From Nostoc punctiforme PCC 73102 (GTDB lineage Bacteria; Cyanobacteriota; Cyanobacteriia; Cyanobacteriales; Nostocaceae): a DNA stretch of 32,000 bases. The translations under genes and the position numbers were made by a program. The stretch is taken from the NCBI RefSeq assembly GCF_000020025.1, contig NC_010628.1:5130001-5162000 (forward strand), given 5' to 3'. The stretch's first letter is position 1. The number at the start of each line of letters is the position of its first letter. The notes under the pieces were generated by a model. It saw only the letters and a list, made by a program, of their open reading frames with translations, searched no databases and was not told where the DNA came from. Positions 1 to 8,588 of this stretch are shown piece after piece.

Positions 1-1809
1 AATTGCTTGAATATCCTTTAAATTCCATTGCCATTGAGCCTTAATAAAGTCAAACTTCAAAAGTTTTTCTTGATGAAGTGCCTGAATAAGTTGTGTGAGA
101 AAAAATGGATTTCCACCTGTTTTATTAGAAACTAATTCAGCTAGTTGGATAGTTCTATTGCTAAAAGTGCTGTATTCGGAATCACGATTAACATCTGCTT
201 CTTGTAAAGTTTCTGCAACTAGCTGAGTCACATTCTCTAAATTTAAAGGTTGCAATATAATATTATTAACAACTGTGCCAGTATTCTTAATTTCTTCTAT
301 TATTTGAATTAAAGGATATGCTGTATTAACTTCATTATCTCTATATGCACCAATGAATAATAGATGTTTGCTGTCAGTATCAGTTACAAGTAGTTGAATT
401 AGATTCAATGTGGCTGAATCTGCCCATTGCAAATCATCTAAAAATATGACTAAGGGGTGTTGTTTTTGGGTAAAAACTTGGATAAATTCTTTAAAAACTC
501 GATTGAAGCGGTTTTGTGATTCTGTTGCACCAATTTGGGCAACGTCTGGCTGTATACCAATAATTAATTCTACTTCTGGAATTACGTCAGTAATAACTTT
601 ACCATTTGTTCCTAAAGCTGATAATATTTTTTCACGCCAGCTTTCTATTTTTTCATTATTCTCTGTCAGTAAATACCGCATTAAATAAGCAAAAGCTTGA
701 ATTAAAGAAGCATAAGGTATATTTCGTTTTAATTGGTCAAATTTACCAGAAATAAAGTAACCTTGTCTGCGAGTAATGGGTTTATTAACTTCGTTAACTA
801 AAACTGATTTACCAATACCTGAATAACCAGAAACTAGCATCATCTCACTAGTTCCAGATGTAACGCGTTCAAATGCAGCTAGCAGTTCATTAACTTGGCT
901 TTCACGACCATATAATTTTTGAGGAATTAATAGCTGGCTTAAGACATCTAAACGACCTGGAACAAAATCAGTAATTATACCCTGAGATTTAAACTGGTTA
1001 AGACATAACTCTAAGTCTGCTAATAATCCTGTAGTACTTTGATATCTGTCTTCAGCATTTTTCGCCATCAACTTCAGCACAATTTCTGAGATGGCGTTAG
1101 GAATTGTTGGATTTAATAACTGTGGATTTATCGGTTGAACAGCAATATGGCTATAAACTAGTTCTAAGGGATCTTGACTAAAAAATGGTGTTTTCTCGGT
1201 GAGCATTTCATATAAAGTCACGCCAAGAGAATAAAAGTCAGTGCGATAATCAAGAATACGATTCATTCTCCCCGTTTGTTCAGGAGACATGTAGGCAAGT
1301 GTGCCTTCAACGCAGTTAGGATTATTAAATTGGGGATTTTCCTTATTGAGGCGGGTGGCTATACCAAAGTCAGTGAGTTTAACAATACCTGTCTGGGAGT
1401 TAACAATTATGTTGCTAGGCTTGATATCTTTATGAATAATCTGGTGTTTATGTAAATAATCTAGAGCTTTAGTCAGTTGAATAGCAATATTTAAATGGTT
1501 AATTAAGTCAAGTTTTTCTGTCTGAAGAATTTGGGCTAAAGATTGACCACCAAAGTCTTCTAACAACAGTCCCACACGATTAGCAAAGGTTTCTAGACTA
1601 ATGGCTTTAACTATGTTGGGATGTTCTAAACCTTGCTGAATTTGATACTCATTTTTCAGGCGAGTAAAGGCTTCAAGGGTAGGATATTCATTTTTAAGCA
1701 ACTTGAGGATAACTCGCTGTTGCGTTTTTGGCATTTGTGTTTGATAAATAATTGTTTGGATTCCTTCGTGGAGAGTTGAGTTGATTGGGTATCCAGTACG
1801 ATTTGGCAT
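1..1809 (-). CDS. Ser/Thr protein kinase fused to an AAA/STAND-type ATPase domain. Only the N-terminal 603 codons are present, and the ORF runs off the left edge of the window.
   Basis: My own reverse translation from the ATG at 1809..1807 gives MPNRTGYPINSTLHEGIQTIIYQ... The kinase motifs HKDIKPSNIIV, DFG and AYMSPE are present, followed by Walker A VSGYSGIGKS and Walker B LVIFLDDLQWAD. There is no stop codon down to position 1, which explains its absence from the ORF track. The track ORF 410..688(+) is its antisense shadow. Confidence 0.85.
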   Translation of the reverse strand, partial: MPNRTGYPINSTLHEGIQTIIYQTQMPKTQQRVILKLLKNEYPTLEAFTRLKNEYQIQQGLEHPNIVKAISLETFANRVGLLLEDFGGQSLAQILQTEKLDLINHLNIAIQLTKALDYLHKHQIIHKDIKPSNIIVNSQTGIVKLTDFGIATRLNKENPQFNNPNCVEGTLAYMSPEQTGRMNRILDYRTDFYSLGVTLYEMLTEKTPFFSQDPLELVYSHIAVQPINPQLLNPTIPNAISEIVLKLMAKNAEDRYQSTTGLLADLELCLNQFKSQGIITDFVPGRLDVLSQLLIPQKLYGRESQVNELLAAFERVTSGTSEMMLVSGYSGIGKSVLVNEVNKPITRRQGYFISGKFDQLKRNIPYASLIQAFAYLMRYLLTENNEKIESWREKILSALGTNGKVITDVIPEVELIIGIQPDVAQIGATESQNRFNRVFKEFIQVFTQKQHPLVIFLDDLQWADSATLNLIQLLVTDTDSKHLLFIGAYRDNEVNTAYPLIQIIEEIKNTGTVVNNIILQPLNLENVTQLVAETLQEADVNRDSEYSTFSNRTIQLAELVSNKTGGNPFFLTQLIQALHQEKLLKFDFIKAQWQWNLKDIQAI

Positions 1810-1981
1810 TGATTTTTGCCTATAAACTTACAAAATTAGTACTACCCCCCGTCTTGTCATAAAAGGGGTTCTACTTTAATTATTCCCAGTGGTAGAAAAT
1901 TATTAACATTGTGATTCCGTATTCAAGGGTTATAAATTGAAACGCGATTATTCCCTTGTAACGGAAAAGCTACTCTAACTT

Positions 1982-2518
1982 TTACGCCAAACGTAGATTA
2001 GGACACTTCTGCAAGAATCCAGATGCCTTATTGTGGGCATCTACATTATGAGTATGTGCTGGCGTAGGTCGAATAATGCCATCAAACAGGTCATCTAATC
2101 CGTAGGGAGTGAAAAATTGCCATTGGCCTTGTGTATTTAGTCGAACTCCGACAGCAGTAGCAGTGTGCAGCCACTCTGTGATGGCATCTTCTGTACTAGT
2201 GTAAGGTCTGCTACCAAGCCGCCAACGAGCAAAACTGGCTTGATTTTTGACATCAAACTCGTCATGAGGAAATTGTTCTGTGAGAGTCGCCTTTGCTGCT
2301 AGTTCTTGAGAACGATTTCCTTCTATATCAAAGAATGCAATATCAAAATCTTTAATACCTAACCCACAGTCATTGCCAAAAATCGAAGACCAAACAGTGT
2401 TTCGGACTGCACCACCGGCTAACCACCAGTTAGGTAGATTTAGTTGAGCGATCGCAGGTAATACTGTATCAATAGGTGTATCAGCTAAAATCATCTGTAG
2501 ACGAGTGTTACTATTCAT
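1982..2518 (-). CDS. Nucleotidyltransferase family protein (DUF925 / NTP_transf_6-like minimal pol-beta-fold NTase)
   Basis: The 178-aa ORF carries the motifs WWLAGGAVRNTVW and IKDFDIAFFD (a G[GS]-type loop plus a DxD pair), as in this family. It is on the same strand as the kinase gene and 172 bp upstream of it. Confidence 0.65.
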   Translation of the reverse strand: MNSNTRLQMILADTPIDTVLPAIAQLNLPNWWLAGGAVRNTVWSSIFGNDCGLGIKDFDIAFFDIEGNRSQELAAKATLTEQFPHDEFDVKNQASFARWRLGSRPYTSTEDAITEWLHTATAVGVRLNTQGQWQFFTPYGLDDLFDGIIRPTPAHTHNVDAHNKASGFLQKCPNLRLA

Positions 2519-2713
2519 ATCAAACTCCTGGCATTGTCAACTAGAAGGTGAAAATATTATCATTCACATCTCATTAAGCTTACGGTCTTGATACACCTAC
2601 TATGACACTTATAGAGTTAAGGTTTATTAGGATAATTTCGGTAGTCATAGTATAAACAGAACAAGATTACACAGAAGGTTAAATCGTGAATTGAGAATTT
2701 ATAATTTTTATTT

Positions 2714-3964
2714 ATGGAAGATTTATTTGCGCGGCTAGAACGCACACTCAATCCTGAACTACCTTCCCTAACAGAGTCACAACAAACACTTCTGCAAGAA
2801 CTCAGTATTGATGAAAATCAACCCGGTACAATTCTGCGTGATTTTCAAACTCTGATAGATTCATTACAACCGAATGGAGTGGAAGTTAGTAGTGTTAATA
2901 ATCTTCTACCACTGAAAGTACTATCAGAATTGAATTCTTGCTTAAGTCACCCAATTGAAATTAAACTCAAGCGCCCCGTACAGAAATCATACCCCTACAT
3001 TAATGGACTATACCTGTTATTACGTAGTTCTGGGATAGCCCAAATTAGATCCCAAGGGAAGAAGCAGATTTTAGTTTTAGACGCAGCAACTTTGCAATCA
3101 TGGTCAAACCTGAATTTAACAGAACGCTATTTCAATTTATTAGAAGCCTGGTTGATTTGGGGAAATAATGAAATCTTAGGTGAACATCAAGATTCATTTG
3201 GGAATTTATTTAGATGTATTCAACTTTGGCCCCGCGTCCCAGATAAAGGTTTAAAATCCCCTAAATATGAACACCAACACGATATTAGTTATTATCCTGG
3301 TCTGCATAATTTTGCCCTGTTAGAGTTATTTGGATTGTTATCTATTAAACATGGCAAGCCAACAGAAGGCAAAGGGTGGCGCATTACAAGTTTACAACGC
3401 TTGCCTTTTGGAGATGCTATGTTGCAACTACTATTTCCACTAGGTATACGAGGAGAATTACAGGATGAGGTTAATGTAACTTTTGGAAAGTTGCAGTCAC
3501 ATTTTCAACCATTTTTTCCAGAATGGGAGCATAATTTACTGGTTTCCAAGCAAGGCTTTACTGACGGGATTTATATTTTTAAAGTGTCTATTTCTAAAGC
3601 TTGGCGACGCATTGCCATACCAGCCAAAAAACCATTAAGCTGGCTAGCAGAGACAATTCTTGATGCTTTTGACTTTGATTACGATCACTTGTACGAGTTT
3701 AGTTATAAAGACTATTTTGGTCGCATCATAAAAATCGGTCATGCCTATATGGAAACACCCCCATTTGCCGACCAAGTGCAGATTGGTGATGTGTCTCTAG
3801 AACCAGGTGGTAAAATGACCTATCTTTATGATTTTGGTGATAGCTGGAAATTTGATGTGCAGTTAGAAGCAATTAATCCACCTGATAACAAAATCAAAAA
3901 ACCAAAAATTTTAGAAGTTCACGGAAATGCACCTCAACAGTATTGGAGTGAGGATGATGAATAG
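2714..3964 (+). CDS. pRiA4b ORF-3-like (MM3350-like) domain protein
   Basis: 416-aa ORF. The C-terminal ~120 aa carry family hallmarks: IYIFKVSI..WRRIAIPA, DHLYEF and YLYDFGDSWKFDVQLE. The N-terminal ~290 aa are unassigned. Confidence 0.7.
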   Translation: MEDLFARLERTLNPELPSLTESQQTLLQELSIDENQPGTILRDFQTLIDSLQPNGVEVSSVNNLLPLKVLSELNSCLSHPIEIKLKRPVQKSYPYINGLYLLLRSSGIAQIRSQGKKQILVLDAATLQSWSNLNLTERYFNLLEAWLIWGNNEILGEHQDSFGNLFRCIQLWPRVPDKGLKSPKYEHQHDISYYPGLHNFALLELFGLLSIKHGKPTEGKGWRITSLQRLPFGDAMLQLLFPLGIRGELQDEVNVTFGKLQSHFQPFFPEWEHNLLVSKQGFTDGIYIFKVSISKAWRRIAIPAKKPLSWLAETILDAFDFDYDHLYEFSYKDYFGRIIKIGHAYMETPPFADQVQIGDVSLEPGGKMTYLYDFGDSWKFDVQLEAINPPDNKIKKPKILEVHGNAPQQYWSEDDE

Positions 3965-4068
3965 GATGAAGAGGATTTAGGGAAGCACAGAGAATTGTGT
4001 TCAGAAGTCTTCTGTTTGTGTCTACTAAAACCCGCTTTAAGATTGAGATAGTTTTAGTTACAATAAAG

Positions 4069-4180
4069 GGCGTTGCTGAATCGAGGTATGAATTTTGGAT
4101 GTAGAGACGTAAAATTTTACGTCTCTACAAGGATTTTCACTACAAAGCACAATCGTTTTCATACCATAATCAGCAACGTC
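4069..4180. mobile_element. MITE-like nested inverted-repeat element of about 112 bp
   Basis: The outer arms are 4071-4092 (cgttgctgaatcgaggtatgaa) and 4158-4178 (ttcataccataatcagcaacg). They pair over 9 + 8 bp around a 4-5 nt mismatch. At the centre is a perfect 28-nt palindrome, gtagagacgtaaaattttacgtctctac (4101-4128). The heptamer AATAAAG occurs on both flanks (4062-4068 and 4182-4188), which resembles a target-site duplication. Confidence 0.4.
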
Positions 4181-4216
4181 TAATAAAGTAACAAAAAATG
4201 TCAGGAGATAAAACTT

Positions 4217-4669
4217 GTGATTCCATATACTGGAGGTTGTCAATGTAGACAGATTCGTTATGAAATTCATGCCCAACCTTTAACTCTTTATCTATGCCAC
4301 TGCAAGGAGTGTCAGAAACAATCGTCTAGTGCTTTTGGTATGTCTCTTACAGTACTACGAGATTCTGTTGTAATTGTTCAGGGAAAACCGAAAGCTTGGA
4401 CTCGGAAAAATGATAACGGACGTGAAGTAAATAACCTATTCTGTGGCGACTGCGGAACGCGATTGTTTCATGAACGGACTTATAAAACCGATACTATCAA
4501 TGTCAAAGCTGGAACCTTAGATGATACAAGTTGGTTACAGCCAGTAGGTAATATTTGGACACGCAGTGCCCAGTCATGGGTGATAATTTCAGATCAATTG
4601 CTCAACTATGATGGGCAACCAGAGGATACGCAGCCTTTATGGGAAAAATGGAAACAACAACATCCATAA
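4217..4669 (+). CDS. GFA (CENP-V / glutathione-dependent formaldehyde-activating) family protein
   Basis: Zinc-cysteine pattern GGCQCRQIRY, CHCKECQKQSS and CGDCGTRLF. The GTG start at 4217 is preceded by AGGAG at 4203-4207. Confidence 0.8.
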   Translation: MIPYTGGCQCRQIRYEIHAQPLTLYLCHCKECQKQSSSAFGMSLTVLRDSVVIVQGKPKAWTRKNDNGREVNNLFCGDCGTRLFHERTYKTDTINVKAGTLDDTSWLQPVGNIWTRSAQSWVIISDQLLNYDGQPEDTQPLWEKWKQQHP

Positions 4670-5005
4670 ATGCTTCTGATATTAGACATCATAGCTCCTG
4701 ACACTTAAAACATCTAACTCATGATTTTACTAAAGGAGATAATAATAAATTTTTATTGTTAAAATGCTTTAATGAACATATTAAATTATTTAAAACAGTA
4801 ATAGTAAACTCAAATTATAAGTTCAGTTTGTGTATCATATATATTTACACTTGTCTGCAAATCATCAATAAAGCTAACATATTATTAATATTTCACATAA
4901 AAACTTACTGGACATTTCCAATCAAGTAATTTAAGTGAAATTGGATAAGTAAAAATATTTTGGTTCATTGCCAACACTTTTAACAGTTATTTCTAGACAA
5001 GCTTA

Positions 5006-5683
5006 ATGAAAAACGATACACCACAAGAATTAAACCAAGATCAAGAAATTGGGCGCTTAATTGATGAGGTAATGTCTTCATCTCTAACTGATGAACAGTA
5101 CCGCAAAAAAATGCAGCGACGCAAAGAAGTACAAGACAAGCGCATAGCAGAAGCTGTACCAGAAAAAGGGTTAATTATTGTAAATACTGGTAATGGTAAA
5201 GGTAAAACCACTGCGGCTTTGGGGATGGTGTTACGATCGCTAGGTCACGGCTATAAAGTAGCGATCGTCCAATTCATCAAGGGAAGCTGGGAACCTTCAG
5301 AAAAAAGGGTTTTCAGCTATTGGGAAGACCAGATAGAATTTCACGCAATGGGCGAAGGCTTCACTTGGGAAACTCAAGACCGCGATCGCGATCTTGACAA
5401 AGCTAGTGCCGCCTGGGAAAAATCATTAGAATATATTCGCAACCCAGACTTTCATCTGGTGTTGTTGGACGAAATTAATATCGCCCTCAAAATGGCTTAC
5501 TTACCATTAGAGGACGTTTTGGCGGGTTTGGCGCAAAAACCAGCTAACAAGCACGTTATTCTCACAGGCAGAGGCGCACCAGCAGGTTTAATTGAGCGTG
5601 CTGACCTCGTAACCGAAATGACCTTAATTAAGCACCCTTTCCGCGATCAAGGCGTGAAAGCGCAACCAGGAATTGAGTATTAA
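5006..5683 (+). CDS. cobO: Cob(I)yrinic acid a,c-diamide adenosyltransferase (CobO/BtuR type)
   Basis: 225 aa with the P-loop NTGNGKGKTTAALG, the IVQFIKG motif and VLLDEINIAL, typical of CobO. Confidence 0.9.
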   Translation: MKNDTPQELNQDQEIGRLIDEVMSSSLTDEQYRKKMQRRKEVQDKRIAEAVPEKGLIIVNTGNGKGKTTAALGMVLRSLGHGYKVAIVQFIKGSWEPSEKRVFSYWEDQIEFHAMGEGFTWETQDRDRDLDKASAAWEKSLEYIRNPDFHLVLLDEINIALKMAYLPLEDVLAGLAQKPANKHVILTGRGAPAGLIERADLVTEMTLIKHPFRDQGVKAQPGIEY

Positions 5684-5691
5684 CTTAACGA

Positions 5692-6399
5692 TTATTTGCA
5701 CATTTGCAACGTGCGGCGATCGCTAGCTGTGATGGAATTTAATTGATAAAAGTCTTGCAGAGCCACTGAGTAAGGATAACTGCTGAACTCATCTTCACTG
5801 ACTTTAGGTAGTTGACTGTTTGCAGCTACCTGATTTGACCGAGGAGTACTGGCTTCATTTGACGAACTATTGACCGTCATTGCCAACTCTCCTGACTTGT
5901 TGAGCGTACCTTGAAAACAATTAAATTCTGATTGGGGCATATACAATGCACCAGTTATCTTATCCTGCTGCTTTTGAAATATGATGTAACCTTGACCAAG
6001 CTGGTTTGATTTTGGCGATTGACCATAGAGATAAACCCCATCCTTGACAGGAAAATTCACTTTTGGTAAACCTTCTGCACCTTTTGTAGCTCCCTGAGAA
6101 TCTGGAACCAGCGCTGTGGTTGTAGGGAGTGTTTTTCCGCTCTGATGTACAAAAATCCCTCTCTCTCCAGCAGATGCTCTCAACTGACTTCTTTGCTCTC
6201 TAACTTTTCTTAACTGCGACAAAAGAGAGTTTTCGGAGGTTTTGGTTTTCTGAACCTGAGCCGATGATAATGAAGAATCTGTAATCGGTACGACTTGAGT
6301 CTGCTTGCCTATAAAGCCCAAACCGAGAAGTAAGCCTAAGCCCGCTAGGGAAATTCCCCACTGGCGGGGAGATAAGAACTGATATAGGTTGTTAAGCAC
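5692..6399 (-). CDS. Hypothetical protein with an N-terminal signal/anchor helix
   Basis: 235-aa ORF. The GTG start at 6399 is preceded on the minus strand by AGGAG with suitable spacing. A hydrophobic segment WGISLAGLGLLLGLGFIG is present. No catalytic motif was recognised. Confidence 0.55.
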   Translation of the reverse strand: MLNNLYQFLSPRQWGISLAGLGLLLGLGFIGKQTQVVPITDSSLSSAQVQKTKTSENSLLSQLRKVREQRSQLRASAGERGIFVHQSGKTLPTTTALVPDSQGATKGAEGLPKVNFPVKDGVYLYGQSPKSNQLGQGYIIFQKQQDKITGALYMPQSEFNCFQGTLNKSGELAMTVNSSSNEASTPRSNQVAANSQLPKVSEDEFSSYPYSVALQDFYQLNSITASDRRTLQMCK

Positions 6400-6603
6400 C
6401 CTACTTCTCCTGTTAAAAAATCAACTAAGTTCTTTAGAACTTACTTAAACTATAACCAAGTCTTAATTGTGAAAGACTTTGTTAACGACTTATATTACTA
6501 TTGTCCAAAAAAGAAAACTGTCAAAAACTAAAGTTTTTATTTAATCTAGCCCAACAATCTTAGATTACCACCAGTTAGGGGAAGTAGAACGGCGTAAACA
6601 ATT

Positions 6604-6715
6604 AAAGGTTTTTAGTGTTCGCGCAGCGTCTCGTTGGCGTTCGCGGAGCGTGTCGCAGACAAGCTTCTCGTAGAGAAGAGAGGGCTTGAGCCTGTAAAAT
6701 AGGACTAAACCCTTT
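6604..6715. repeat. Composite dispersed-repeat / MITE-like element of about 112 bp
   Basis: Imperfect terminal inverted repeats aaaggtttttagt (6604-6616) and actaaacccttt (6704-6715). Internally there is a tandem 22-bp-period pair GTTCGCGCAGCGT (6617-6629) / GTTCGCGGAGCGT (6639-6651), plus a small hairpin cttctcgtagagaag. A third copy of GTTCGCGCAGCGT lies at 26943-26955. Confidence 0.4.
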
Positions 6716-6952
6716 ACTACAAAGCAATTTAATTAACTTTACATTACTTAATATAGTTTGAGTTATTTTTTATCCAATAGATTCATCTCATTTGGTGAAG
6801 TTAATCAGAAATTAGATCCTTTCAATCAACATGGGTTTTGTATTACCTTGTTTTTTTACTTTTTAATAAATAAAAATACTGTTAGTATTTTCTCGGATTT
6901 GTCGCCGTAGAAATACAGCCTCAGATCAAAATATTTTTCCTGGCTATCAGCA

Positions 6953-6983
6953 TAAAAAAATCGCCCCCTGAATTCAGGAGGCG
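6953..6983 (-). terminator. Rho-independent terminator of the sigma factor gene
   Basis: The minus strand reads cgcctcctgaattcagggggcg, a 10-bp stem with one G-U pair, followed by atttttttat. It lies 40 nt downstream of the stop codon at 7023. It is preceded by a second hairpin, gagacgcg-aaatcc-cgcgtctc, at 6996-7017. Confidence 0.7.
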
Positions 6984-7022
6984 CATCATGCTCCAGAGAC
7001 GCGGGATTTCGCGTCTCCATCT

Positions 7023-8006
7023 TTAACTAGCAACGTATTCTTGGACATTGGCGCGACGGCGACGCAGATGAGCTAAAGCTTGATGCTCTAACTGGCGGAC
7101 ACGTTCTCGGCTGAGATTCAATCTCTCACCCACTTTCGCCAATGACATTTCGTTACCATCTTCTAAACCAAAGCGTAGAGCTAAAACTTCTCGCTGTTGC
7201 GGGGTTAGTTCTGCTAGCAGGTTGTTCAAATCTTGGCGTAAGAATTCCTGGTTGGTGTAATACTCTGGTGATGGCCCGCTATCTTCGAGCATTTCTTGCA
7301 ACTCAGTATCTTGGTTATCGCCAACTTTAACGTCCAAAGACACTGGTTGACGCGCCATATTCAGGTACTCGCGGATCTGAGCAGGTTCTAGTTCCAGTTC
7401 TTTGGCAATTTCGGCTGGAGTGGGCGATCGCCCCAAGGTTTGAGCCAACTCACGCTGTACTTTCTTGATTTTGTTCAGTTTTTCGGTAATGTGAATCGGC
7501 AACCGGATAGTACGTCCTTGTTGAGCGATCGCGCGGGTAATAGCTTGGCGAATCCACCAGTAAGCGTAAGTCGAAAACTTATAACCCCTCATTGGGTCAA
7601 ATTTCTCCACACCCCGCTCTAATCCTAGTGTTCCTTCCTGAATTAAATCCAGAAATTCCATATTTCGCTTTTGGTATTTTTTTGCAATAGCAACGACCAA
7701 GCGCAAATTCGCTTCGATCATTTTTTGCTTTGCCCGCTTACCTTGAGCTACTGTTTGTTGTACTTCAGTTTCCGATTGTTGAACCACGTCAGCCCACTCT
7801 GACATATCCGGTTCGCGGTGCAGTTTCTTCGCCAAAACCTCTTTGGCATCGATGAGCGTCATCATTTGTTGAACCTGCTTCCCATATACAATCTCTTGTT
7901 CACGGGTTAGCAGTGGTACACGGCCAATTTCTCGCAGATAGGTTCGCACCATATCAGCCGTGAATCTGGTGTTGAGATTTTCCGTTTGGGTATTGACAGT
8001 AGGCAT
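7023..8006 (-). CDS. Group 2 sigma-70 family RNA polymerase sigma factor
   Basis: 327 aa. Region 2 (FDPMRGYKFSTYAYWWIRQAITRAI), region 3, and region 4.2 (SLAKVGERLNLSRERVRQLE) are present. There is no long region 1.1, so this is not the primary SigA. I cannot tell which group-2 paralog it is. Confidence 0.9.
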   Translation of the reverse strand: MPTVNTQTENLNTRFTADMVRTYLREIGRVPLLTREQEIVYGKQVQQMMTLIDAKEVLAKKLHREPDMSEWADVVQQSETEVQQTVAQGKRAKQKMIEANLRLVVAIAKKYQKRNMEFLDLIQEGTLGLERGVEKFDPMRGYKFSTYAYWWIRQAITRAIAQQGRTIRLPIHITEKLNKIKKVQRELAQTLGRSPTPAEIAKELELEPAQIREYLNMARQPVSLDVKVGDNQDTELQEMLEDSGPSPEYYTNQEFLRQDLNNLLAELTPQQREVLALRFGLEDGNEMSLAKVGERLNLSRERVRQLEHQALAHLRRRRANVQEYVAS

Positions 8007-8487
8007 TGGTGCGTTGTCCTCTACTCCGTAAATAAAATGTATGTTTTCTTACTAAAATGGATGGATAAAGGTAGTAAATCTATCATGAAATATTAGGAGC
8101 TACTAAAAACAATTCTCAATTGATATAGACGTTTTTAAGACGTTAAGCCCCTAAGATAGGTTCCCCTACTTCCCTAAATTTTCAATCTCTTATTAGCACA
8201 CTGGTTATTTTTGAGAATTCTTACTTTAGGTAGTTACTGAGAGCAAGGAGTAAATCCGAAGTCGGTATGAGTTCCACTTGGTTTTATATTACGATAAATC
8301 AGGCAGATAGTAAAGTATCTTAAGATAAAACTTTCAATTATAATCCAAAATTAGTCGTTTGGAAAAAAATTTAGGCTTCCTTGAAATTACTGACTATATC
8401 TATAGTGACCCCAAAAACCCCTCTTCTGTTGCCAAAAAGTAGCCGGATAACCGAACTTAATTTCTTGTGAGGATGGAGGGATGTTAC

Positions 8488-8583
8488 GAATTGGGAATTG
8501 GGCATTGGTCGGTAACGGATTAATCTTGATGTAGATTAATCAGTGACTTCCCGTAGGGTAGGACAAATGACCAATGACAAATA
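8488..8583. repeat. STRR-like heptamer repeats forming an inverted pair just downstream of the HerA-like gene
   Basis: The left set GAATTGG GAATTGG GCATTGG lies at 8488-8508 and the right set ACAAATG ACCAATG ACAAATA at 8563-8583. cattggtc and gaccaatg are complementary. TGACCAA is the reverse complement of the known STRR heptamer TTGGTCA. Two copies of the palindrome GATTAATC (8518-8525 and 8534-8541) lie between the sets. Confidence 0.55.
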
Positions 8584-8588
8584 ACTAT

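Noticed and set aside
410-688. 92-aa plus-strand ORF from the ORF track
   Set aside because: It lies entirely antisense to the well-supported kinase/AAA ORF (1..1809, minus strand). It has no recognisable motif and is a shadow ORF.
4058-4276. 72-aa minus-strand ORF
   Set aside because: It runs through the palindromic MITE-like element and overlaps the start of the GFA gene. Its peptide is low-complexity and no RBS is present.
4670-5005. Possible cobalamin riboswitch in the AT-rich leader of cobO
   Set aside because: There is no B12-box-like GCCACTG core and none of the GC-rich helices expected of the riboswitch. The region is simply very AT-rich.
7142-7622. Two plus-strand ORFs (62 and 60 aa) inside the sigma factor gene
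   Set aside because: They are antisense shadows of a strongly supported CDS.
8039-8052. GTA-N8-TAC (gtatgttttcttac), which matches the NtcA-binding consensus, upstream of the sigma factor gene
   Set aside because: Its centre is only about 40 bp from the start codon. A class II NtcA promoter would therefore give an essentially leaderless mRNA. The bare GTAN8TAC pattern is also expected several times by chance in 32 kb.
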